Below are positions 1-7,707 of a stretch of DNA of 64,000 bases, piece by piece; the stretch's first letter is position 1, and each line of letters begins with the position of its first letter. The notes under the pieces are model-generated. The model had not been told where the DNA came from. It made no database searches and saw nothing but the letters and a program-made list of their open reading frames with translations. The DNA lies in NCBI GenBank assembly GCA_963736855.1, contig CAVTQK010000015.1, forward strand, positions 512,001 to 576,000, read 5' to 3'. The position numbers were made by a program, and so were the translations under genes. Source of the DNA: an uncultured delta proteobacterium. Lineage in GTDB: Bacteria > Desulfobacterota > Desulfobacteria > Desulfobacterales > UBA2156.

Positions 1-2
1 TT

Positions 3-125
3 CGAGGGATGTATGTGGCCGGGGACGGGCCCGGGGTTGCCGGCAACATCGTATCCTCGGCGGCTACGGGTTTGCTTTCGGCAAAAGCCGTCGTTGCTAA
101 GTTGCATCGAATCAAAGACAGGTAA
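3..125 (+). CDS. 3' end of an NAD(P)/FAD-dependent oxidoreductase (partial, runs off window)
   Basis: Manual translation RGMYVAGDGPGVAGNIVSSAATGLLSAKAV...KDR* contains the C-terminal YxAGD FAD-binding motif. Confidence 0.7.
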   Translation, partial: RGMYVAGDGPGVAGNIVSSAATGLLSAKAVVAKLHRIKDR

Positions 126-141
126 AACAAAAGGATGAAGC

Positions 142-318
142 ATGGAAAAGGAAGTGCTCAACGCGATGAAAAAAGCTGGAAAACCGGTCCGTCCGGGTGA
201 CATTGCTAAAATGATTGGGGCCGACAGCAAGATAGTTTCCGAGGTAATCGCCGAATTGAAAAAGAAGGGAAAAATTGTTTCTCCCAAGCGTTGCTACTAC
301 AGCCTCGGAGAAGAGTAA
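142..318 (+). CDS. Small (58 aa) winged-helix DNA-binding protein, below the ORF-track length cutoff
   Basis: Manual translation MEKEVLNAMKKAGKPVRPGDIAKMIGADSKIVSEVIAELKKKGKIVSPKRCYYSLGEE; AAGGA RBS upstream; HTH-plus-wing pattern. Confidence 0.75.
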   Translation: MEKEVLNAMKKAGKPVRPGDIAKMIGADSKIVSEVIAELKKKGKIVSPKRCYYSLGEE

Positions 319-319
319 T

Positions 320-1462
320 CTATCTCCGGCTTAAATTTTTAACGGCTCTGACGACTACCTTAAATGCGTGATCGATCTCTTCCGGGGTGGTCATTTTACC
401 GGTGGAAAAGCGAAGAGTCCCTTTGGCAAAATCGAGGGGGAGTCCCATGGCCTCAAGGACATGGGACACGGTGATTCGGTCCGAGTGACAGGCGGCACCT
501 GCTGAAGCCGCCACTTCCAATCCGATTTCCTCCAGCACGCGGTTGGCTTCGACTCCACGAAATGAAATGCTGAGCGTATTCGGGAGGCATTTCTCGGGGT
601 GCCCGTTCAGGCGGACTTCTTCCAACCCGTTTGTCACGCCTGTGTAAAATCGATCCCGCATGGCCTGCATATGGGATCGATTGGCATCCAGGTCACGGAG
701 AGCGACCTCGCATGCTTTTCCGAGACCAACGATTCCCAGGACGTTTTCCGTTCCTGGCCGCATTCCGGCTTCCTGACCGGCTCCGAGCATCAAGGGGTCC
801 AGAAAAAGTCCTTCTCGGATATAAAGAGCTCCCACCCCTTTGGGAGCATAGATTTTATGCCCGGCCACCGATAGCATATCGACCCCCAGCTCATGAACGT
901 CGACCCGGATCTTACCGATTGACTGGGCGGCATCGGTATGCATGAGAATTCCGTGTTCCCGTGCCAGTGCTGCAATTTCCTGTATGGGCTGGAGAGTTCC
1001 CACCTCGTTGTTGGCATGCATGATGGAGATCAACACCGTTTCCCGAGAAATGGTTTTTCGGACGGTATCCACCGAAACACAACCGAAATCGTCCACAGGA
1101 AGATAACTGGCCGTAAACCCTGAGCGTTCCAAAAAGGCAAAAACCGATAAGACCGCAGGGTGCTCGATTTGCGTAGTGATGATGTGACGGCCCTTTTGGG
1201 CTGCGGCTGTGGCGGCGCATCTTATGGCATGATTATTGGCTTCGGTACCTCCGCTGGTGAAAAGAATCTCCCCAATCCTCGCGCCCAAAATTCGGGCTAC
1301 TTGTTCCCGGGCCCGGATCACCGCCTTCTTGGGAGCAATGCCGTACCAGTGGGTACTGGAGGGATTGCCGAATTCTTTTTCTAGAAAAGGCCGCATAGCC
1401 TCGATGACTTCGGGATCGTGTGGCGTTGTCGCGTTGTAGTCGAGATAGATAGGATTTTTCAT
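320..1462 (-). CDS. PLP-dependent cysteine desulfurase / selenocysteine lyase-like protein (class V aminotransferase)
   Basis: YLDYNATTP, FTSGGTEANN, HTDAAQ, AGHKIYAPKG (PLP Lys), SAGAACHS catalytic Cys loop. Confidence 0.92.
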   Translation of the reverse strand: MKNPIYLDYNATTPHDPEVIEAMRPFLEKEFGNPSSTHWYGIAPKKAVIRAREQVARILGARIGEILFTSGGTEANNHAIRCAATAAAQKGRHIITTQIEHPAVLSVFAFLERSGFTASYLPVDDFGCVSVDTVRKTISRETVLISIMHANNEVGTLQPIQEIAALAREHGILMHTDAAQSIGKIRVDVHELGVDMLSVAGHKIYAPKGVGALYIREGLFLDPLMLGAGQEAGMRPGTENVLGIVGLGKACEVALRDLDANRSHMQAMRDRFYTGVTNGLEEVRLNGHPEKCLPNTLSISFRGVEANRVLEEIGLEVAASAGAACHSDRITVSHVLEAMGLPLDFAKGTLRFSTGKMTTPEEIDHAFKVVVRAVKNLSRR

Positions 1463-2610
1463 ATCAGAGGAATCCATTCGGAAAACGGATGGTCAGAAAG
1501 ATCGGTCTCGGAGACAAAGGCTGAGAATTGAGCGAGGACGGTTTCCAGAATCCGTTTCGATTGATGCCCGGAAATAATGGAGGAGATAGACATGAAAATA
1601 AGTTTAGGCCCTGATCTAGAACCCGTCCAGGGTGTTCGTTGAGCGTATCGGGCACAGGATCTGTAGTAGCGTTCTGTAAAAAGAAGCATTAAAATCATTG
1701 ACCCACGACATAAGCTCAACCGGGGAAAATCCATCAGTTCCGCCATCCTGAGGTAAGCCGGAGCCAAAGAAAGGGCGCGCACCAGCAGGATTTCTCGAAC
1801 CGAGGCTATCCGTCGGGAAAGCTCGGGCTCATCAAAGTCCCGACGTCCCAAATCACCCTTCAAGGAAGGGTGGTAGGCGATTCCGCGCTTAAGATCGCTT
1901 TCGATATCCCGAGTGATGTTGGCCAGTTGGATAAACTCACCCGCCTGAAGTGCGTTTCGATAAAGCTCCCTGGGCAGATCGGCGTTCTTGTGATGGAAAA
2001 GGTTCATGAGTCGGACGGCAAAAATCGTGGGATTGCCCAGGACGTTGTGACAATACCGGGAAAGCTGCTCGGTGGTCGCTAACACGCCTCCCTGACTTTC
2101 GAAGATCTGGGATGACCAGATCATGCCCCCGGCCATTTTACGAACAAGCTCAACGATGATGCTCTGAAACGGTAATTTAAGCTTGGCAAATACCGCGTCG
2201 ATGAGACGACAACGGTTGACCAGGAGCGTGTAGATGCGGTCGCTGGCGCTTCGAGCCAGTTTGTCGTCGATGAAGGGTGCCGGATCGGTGGAATATCCTT
2301 TTGGATCGAATTTAAATCGATGAACGAAGCTTTTCAGCATGGCCTCCCGCTGGGCGGGATACAGGACCAGATCTTCATAGGTGTCGAGAATCCGGCAATA
2401 AAGGTAGGCGACGGCCGCGCTGATCGCCAGTTGGGAGGGCAGAAAGAGGATACAGGCTGAAAAAGTTCGTGCCGCATGGGATAGGATTCTCCATACAAAG
2501 GATTCCGGTGAACGGGTCTTTTCCAGTCTGGAAATATCCGGAGCCGATCGATCCAGAACCAAGCCCTGAACTATGCGATGGGGTCTCAATAAAAAAAAAG
2601 CGATATCCAT
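1459..2610 (-). CDS. Squalene/phytoene synthase family protein
   Basis: YLYCRILDTYED, YCHNVLG and QLANITRDIESDLKRG motifs of head-to-head isoprenoid synthases. Confidence 0.8.
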   Translation of the reverse strand: MDIAFFLLRPHRIVQGLVLDRSAPDISRLEKTRSPESFVWRILSHAARTFSACILFLPSQLAISAAVAYLYCRILDTYEDLVLYPAQREAMLKSFVHRFKFDPKGYSTDPAPFIDDKLARSASDRIYTLLVNRCRLIDAVFAKLKLPFQSIIVELVRKMAGGMIWSSQIFESQGGVLATTEQLSRYCHNVLGNPTIFAVRLMNLFHHKNADLPRELYRNALQAGEFIQLANITRDIESDLKRGIAYHPSLKGDLGRRDFDEPELSRRIASVREILLVRALSLAPAYLRMAELMDFPRLSLCRGSMILMLLFTERYYRSCARYAQRTPWTGSRSGPKLIFMSISSIISGHQSKRILETVLAQFSAFVSETDLSDHPFSEWIPLI

Positions 2611-2639
2611 ACAGGTATGCGCTGGAAAATGTCAATTAT

Positions 2640-2829
2640 GATGAAATCGTAAAAAAGCTATTTTTGCTCGCTTCGTGATCATTTTCGGGAGATGCTCACG
2701 GCTTCTCTAAATTTCAAGAACTCGGCGCAAGCGCCTCAAACAGCTTGAAATTATTAACGCTCAGCCGTTCGCATCTCTTTTTCCGAAAATGCTCCAATCT
2801 CGCTTGCAAAAGCTTTTTACAAAGCCATC
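2640..2829. mobile_element. MITE-like palindromic element with a 6-bp target-site duplication
   Basis: Imperfect terminal IRs GATGAAATCGTAAAAAAGC / GCTTTTTACAAAGCCATC, flanked on both sides by AATTAT; nested internal IRs (CATTTTCGG/CCGAAAATG, GAGATGC/GCATCTC, AATTTCAAG/CTTGAAATT). Confidence 0.75.
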
Positions 2830-2916
2830 AATTATGGAATTTGGGCAATATCGGAATTCATCCATAGTGAAAGCCGAAGATAAAGTCAATTCATCAACAG
2901 AATTTCACATGGAAGA

Positions 2917-4323
2917 TCAATCTGTTTTCCTCAAATGCCCCCTGAAGTAGGAGAAAAAAATACCGACTGTACACATTGCTGCGAAAAGAACAAAGCATAT
3001 CCGCATCGCCTTTAAAAAAAAAGGGTACTGATCCGGGGTTAATTTCTCGTTTCCGATGAAGATGGAAAAGACGACCATGACGATGGACATGCTGACCATT
3101 TGCCCCAAGAGGCGCATGGTGGCCACGGCGCCTGAGGCAATCCCGAAGAGCCGATTTTCAACCGCGCCCATAATGGCGCTCATATTGGGTGAAGAAAACA
3201 AGGCGAATCCGAAGCCGATGCAGGCGAGTGTCCCGGCGATATAAAATTTTTCCGTCTGTGGTCCGATGAATGAGAAAATGAAAAGTCCTGTTGCGGTAAT
3301 GGCCATCCCGATGGATGCCAGTATCCTCGGTTCCACCCGATCGGATGTCTTCCCGGCAAAGGGAGAAAAGATCGTCATGATTACCGGTTGGGCCACGAGC
3401 AACGTTCCGGCAGCTTGCGGGGTGAGGCCTTTGATATATTGCAGATACAGGCTGAGCAAGAATGTGATCCCGAAGGTGGCTGAATAATGGATCAGCGCAG
3501 CCAGACTGGAAAATGCAAAGACCTTGTTTTGAACAAACAGACGGACCTCGAAAATCGGATAACGGACGCGGAGCTCATAACGAATGAAAACCAAAAGCAG
3601 AATCATCCCGACGAAGATAAGGCCTACGGCCCAAAACTTTGGCAAAGCGGTGGTGCCGTAAACCAATGCCAGAATAGAGAATCCATAAAGGAAGCTGCCG
3701 AGAAGATCCAGCCTTTCCCCCCGGGCATCGGCCCACTCTCCTTTTAAGAGGGTTAATGTGATGTAAACCGATGCTCCCCCGAGAGGGACCCCCGCGATGA
3801 ACAGGCTCCTCCATCCCAATTGTTGGGTCAAGAATCCTCCCACAAAAGGGCCCGTGGACAAGCCTGCATAAACCGCCGCGACATAGATTCCAATGGCCTT
3901 TCCTCGTCTTTGTGGCGGGAAAATAGACGTGATGATGGCCATTCCGGTTGTGACGAAAAGGGCTGCGCCGATGCCTTGAAACACACGAAAGAGGATGAGG
4001 ATGCTCACCGAAGTCGAAAACGCCGCAAAAAGAGAGGAAAAGGTAAAAAGGGCGAGGCCCGATGTAAAGACCTTTTTTCTTCCGTAAAGGTCGGCGATTT
4101 TTCCGGCCGGCACCAGTACAACGGCAACGGCCAGGAGAAAAGCGTGGGCGATCCAGCCCAGTTCAACGGCATTCACGCCGAATTCTTTCTGGATCGCCGG
4201 GAGAGCCACGTTGACGGAGGAGATCATAAAGGGTCCCACGAAGGATGAAACCGTGGTCACCCACAAGGCGGTCTTTTCTTGAGTAGCCGGATCCGGAGGT
4301 TGGATTGGATGCATCGGGTTCAT
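2917..4323 (-). CDS. MFS transporter, DHA2 (EmrB/QacA-like, 14 TM)
   Basis: SSVNVALPAI, GKIADLYGRKK motif A, GPFVGGFLT motif C; many TM segments. Confidence 0.9.
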   Translation of the reverse strand: MNPMHPIQPPDPATQEKTALWVTTVSSFVGPFMISSVNVALPAIQKEFGVNAVELGWIAHAFLLAVAVVLVPAGKIADLYGRKKVFTSGLALFTFSSLFAAFSTSVSILILFRVFQGIGAALFVTTGMAIITSIFPPQRRGKAIGIYVAAVYAGLSTGPFVGGFLTQQLGWRSLFIAGVPLGGASVYITLTLLKGEWADARGERLDLLGSFLYGFSILALVYGTTALPKFWAVGLIFVGMILLLVFIRYELRVRYPIFEVRLFVQNKVFAFSSLAALIHYSATFGITFLLSLYLQYIKGLTPQAAGTLLVAQPVIMTIFSPFAGKTSDRVEPRILASIGMAITATGLFIFSFIGPQTEKFYIAGTLACIGFGFALFSSPNMSAIMGAVENRLFGIASGAVATMRLLGQMVSMSIVMVVFSIFIGNEKLTPDQYPFFLKAMRICFVLFAAMCTVGIFFSYFRGHLRKTD

Positions 4324-4796
4324 CTTGCGGTACGGGCGATATTAGGGAAAATGTCTTTGAGCTTTTCGATGTGGGTGTTTTCTTCGTGGATAATGCGGTC
4401 CAGTGTTTCAGAGGTTTTTTCCTCCGATATGAAGGGCGCCAGCATCTTGTAGAATAGGATGCTGTCTTTTTCAAAACCAATGGCGGTCTCAATCAGTTCC
4501 TCAATCGTCCGGATCGTTGACAAATCGACATCTTTGAGGGAAAAAACCTGGTCTGCGAAAAAATCATCGGATAAAGACCGGCTCATTTCTCCGAGAATAT
4601 GGTGGTCATCGTCTCTTCCGAGGGTTTCTTTTAAATCGGAAAACCATCGGGCATGACTGTTTTCCTCGTCCGCGAGCAATTCCAAAAGTTCTCGAATCTC
4701 CGGATCATCGGCGGCTTTGGCGGCTTTCTGATAAACCCTCTGGCCGTTTTCCTCGAGCCTTACGGCCAATGCGATGATGTCATGGATCGTAAACAT
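4320..4796 (-). CDS. Ferritin-like / rubrerythrin-family diiron protein
   Basis: AVRLEENG, LADEENSH, AIGFEKDS, IIHEENTH (two ExxH pairs). Confidence 0.85.
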   Translation of the reverse strand: MFTIHDIIALAVRLEENGQRVYQKAAKAADDPEIRELLELLADEENSHARWFSDLKETLGRDDDHHILGEMSRSLSDDFFADQVFSLKDVDLSTIRTIEELIETAIGFEKDSILFYKMLAPFISEEKTSETLDRIIHEENTHIEKLKDIFPNIARTAR

Positions 4797-4884
4797 GGTG
4801 AAATCCAATTGAAATCATAAAAATCTTGAGATCCGGTCGGATTCTTCCGGATGAAATACCCTGCAGAAGGCTGTGTGTTTATCT

Positions 4885-5073
4885 CTATATTTTGCGGTTC
4901 AAGTTGTATTGCCGAATCAGAACCTTTTTTTCATCATCGGGCAATGATTTCATGTAAGCACTCCATCCCGGGCACCAGTTGGTATGCCATCTCCACAATC
5001 GTCCTAAAATCGATTTCGGGTTGGCGTCGTATTTTGCCCTGAACGCGCAGGTGGAGCATTTAAGTTTTGCCAT
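4885..5073 (-). CDS. Small conserved-looking hypothetical protein with Cys/His motif
   Basis: CSTC...WRWHTNWCPGW; GGAGG RBS; start immediately follows the stop of the upstream cytochrome gene. Confidence 0.65.
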   Translation of the reverse strand: MAKLKCSTCAFRAKYDANPKSILGRLWRWHTNWCPGWSAYMKSLPDDEKKVLIRQYNLNRKI

Positions 5074-5074
5074 A

Positions 5075-7165
5075 TCAGTGTGCCTCCATGAGTGCAACAA
5101 AGCGTTTTTTCAATTCATACAGACCGTGCCACCACCTATAATCCGGAGCCATCATGGCAGCTCCCATTTTCGCGGCGCGTCCTTCCCGGTGCCCCATTTC
5201 GATCCAGGCGATCTCCAGTTGTTCGTCCGTCAGTCGTGTTTTATCCAGGATGTTTTCCCGATAAAGCCTTTCCATGTAACGACGTACGGGTCCTCCATAG
5301 ACTTCATTGTATTCATGAACGGCGCGGTCCAATTGATCGAAATGGTTACGGGTCCACAACAGGCTATGACATTGAAGACAGACGGTTTCCATTCGACCCC
5401 GGGCCTCTTTCCAATCGATCCCTTCAGGTCGGCCGGTAGGGGAGGCTTGGAGTTCCCAACTCAGCCGATGGCCCACATCATGGGAAGGCGGGGTATTTCC
5501 GGCGCCGGAAATATGGCATGCCGCGCAGGTGGGTGATCGATAGTCCACGCCGGCGGTCCAGGTGGAGGCGGCGGGTTCCCAGCGCCATGCGTCGCCAAAA
5601 ACCTGATAGAGGGTGCCGTGTTTGGATTCCCGGTAGATTTCCATTTGGGGATGTTCTGGGCCCACATGACACTTCCCACAGGCCTCGGCACGCCTCGCCT
5701 GGGATACGGCGAAACTGTGCGGTCCATGACAGGCGCCGCAATTTCCAAAGGATCGATCTGAGTTCATGCGGCCGATTCCCCGAGGCAGACCGCGTAGCTG
5801 TTCAAGCCGGGCTGATCCATCGGAGATGCCGACTCCATGGCAGCCTTCGCATCCGGTCACGATTTCTACATCTGAAAGGCGGTTTTCACGGATGAAGGGA
5901 TCCGTGGAAAGAACGATGGCAACGGTTTTGGCATGCTTGGATCGCTGGAATTCCTGATTTCGATCCAGATGGCATCTGGAACAATCTTTGGGTGTCACAA
6001 CCGGCGAGACCCACGCTTTTCCATGTTTTTTGTGAAAATTGGAAATATCCGGGTCCGACTTGGAAGCCAGATGGCAATGCATACAGGAAACTCCGTTTTT
6101 GGCATGGGCGGATTCGGACCAATCAGCCAGCACGGCGGGGGTCTCGAGATTATGGCACTTCAGACACGCATTCGCTTTCCCCCGGGTCCATTTTGGAAAC
6201 GGATCCACCAAAGGAGGTCCCCATCTCCACCAGACGATGCACGTCAGGACTACCAGGACGCACACTAAAATAAAATATGCCAGAAATACGAATAGATTTA
6301 AAACGTTTTTGCCCCGGTCCTTCTCGTCGGCCGCGGGGGCGGTCCCGAGATCCTTCACGCGCTCGAACACTTCCAGACTGTGGGGTGCTTTTTCCAGGGC
6401 ATCGGTTAAATCGGTTCCGGCAAAATGCCGTGCCATATGAACACCGTTCTTCCAGAACTTCGAACCAGTGACATCGTAGAGACGCCCGCTATGTATAATA
6501 TGGGCCGGACGCCCCTCTTTCCCATCGGGTTTCAGTGCACCGTCTCGCCCGGCCGCTTCCCGGAGCTTGCGATCGATGTAAGTGGTGGCAACAGCTGCCA
6601 CAACGACCATGAGAAAGTAGGTGCCCACTTTGACGATCCAGATGATTCCGAAGGTGGTGCTCCACAGTTCCCGCACTTCCTGGATCTTCAACAGGGTTAA
6701 TCCGATACCGGTCAACCCGACGACCCCGATACATAGACGCCCTAAAAACTTTTCGGATTTGGGCATCCCCGCCACCAGCGACCGGGGCTTGATGACCAGA
6801 TGTACGTAAATGATGGACCCGAACCAGATCACGCCGAAAAGGATGTGTAAAAAGCCCAGGACGGTCCTGGCTAGACGCTTGACCCAAAGGTGTCTTCCTT
6901 CGTCGGGAAGCAGGGTATATCCATCGGCCTTGAAGCGTTCACCCCTGAAGGTCAAGGCGCTGCCGCCGTCCGGATGAATATGGCATGCGGAACAGGCCAG
7001 TTTGCTCTGCCCGGAAAATTCAGGGGAAGCTATCGCTTGATGGTTCCATGCAGCCAATATAAACGGAATGGACATGATGAAAAAAAAGGTCATTTTCACG
7101 TGGGGCAATCGTCTTCGCGACGTTTCCGTTTCCCTGGGATTCCTTGTAAATGCCTCAATTGTCAT
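5075..7165 (-). CDS. Membrane-bound multidomain cytochrome: monoheme c + TM bundle + cytochrome b5-like domain + octaheme HAO-like domain
   Basis: 9 CxxCH motifs; b5-like GRLYDVTGSKFWKNGVHMARHFAGTDLTDALEKAPH; HAO-family GPEHPQMEIYRESKHG and MMAPDYRWWHG. Confidence 0.85.
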   Translation of the reverse strand: MTIEAFTRNPRETETSRRRLPHVKMTFFFIMSIPFILAAWNHQAIASPEFSGQSKLACSACHIHPDGGSALTFRGERFKADGYTLLPDEGRHLWVKRLARTVLGFLHILFGVIWFGSIIYVHLVIKPRSLVAGMPKSEKFLGRLCIGVVGLTGIGLTLLKIQEVRELWSTTFGIIWIVKVGTYFLMVVVAAVATTYIDRKLREAAGRDGALKPDGKEGRPAHIIHSGRLYDVTGSKFWKNGVHMARHFAGTDLTDALEKAPHSLEVFERVKDLGTAPAADEKDRGKNVLNLFVFLAYFILVCVLVVLTCIVWWRWGPPLVDPFPKWTRGKANACLKCHNLETPAVLADWSESAHAKNGVSCMHCHLASKSDPDISNFHKKHGKAWVSPVVTPKDCSRCHLDRNQEFQRSKHAKTVAIVLSTDPFIRENRLSDVEIVTGCEGCHGVGISDGSARLEQLRGLPRGIGRMNSDRSFGNCGACHGPHSFAVSQARRAEACGKCHVGPEHPQMEIYRESKHGTLYQVFGDAWRWEPAASTWTAGVDYRSPTCAACHISGAGNTPPSHDVGHRLSWELQASPTGRPEGIDWKEARGRMETVCLQCHSLLWTRNHFDQLDRAVHEYNEVYGGPVRRYMERLYRENILDKTRLTDEQLEIAWIEMGHREGRAAKMGAAMMAPDYRWWHGLYELKKRFVALMEAH

Positions 7166-7207
7166 CGGATGTCGGGAAGTTTTTACACGGGGTGGTTTCT
7201 CAACGAT

Positions 7208-7648
7208 TCATGAAATCGGAACCGTTACGACGGGGACCGGCGAGCATCTCAGCACCCGATCCGCAACGCTTCCGAAATCAAACCGACCGGTGCTTCCTTT
7301 TGTGGTGAGGACAACCATGTCGATGCCTTCCGCCTCGATCAGCTTGAGAATTTCTTCAGCCGCATCCCCCACCGCGATATGTTTGACAAATAAAACGCAC
7401 TGATCTAGAAACTTGGAACAGATTTCATCAAGTCGCTTTTCAGCCATTTCTTTTTCCCATCGGCTCATTTTTTCGAAATCCGCGGGGTCGTACTCACCAT
7501 AGGAGGCGCCCCATTCGCCATAGGACTTGAGGACATGCAGGACATGGATCTCAGCCTGATACTTTTCAGACAAAGACGTCAGGTGCGGGAGGGCCGCAGC
7601 CGCGTTTTTCGAAAGATCGGTCGGATAAAGGATTTTTTGGATCCGCAT
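7208..7648 (-). CDS. Universal stress protein (UspA family)
   Basis: KILYPTDLS N-terminus; FGSVADRVLRCSPVPVVTV C-terminus. Confidence 0.92.
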   Translation of the reverse strand: MRIQKILYPTDLSKNAAAALPHLTSLSEKYQAEIHVLHVLKSYGEWGASYGEYDPADFEKMSRWEKEMAEKRLDEICSKFLDQCVLFVKHIAVGDAAEEILKLIEAEGIDMVVLTTKGSTGRFDFGSVADRVLRCSPVPVVTVPIS

Positions 7649-7707
7649 TTATTTATTCCTCCTTCAATCATCTATTGATAAAAGCAAGGCTTTCCGGGAG
7701 GATCTCT

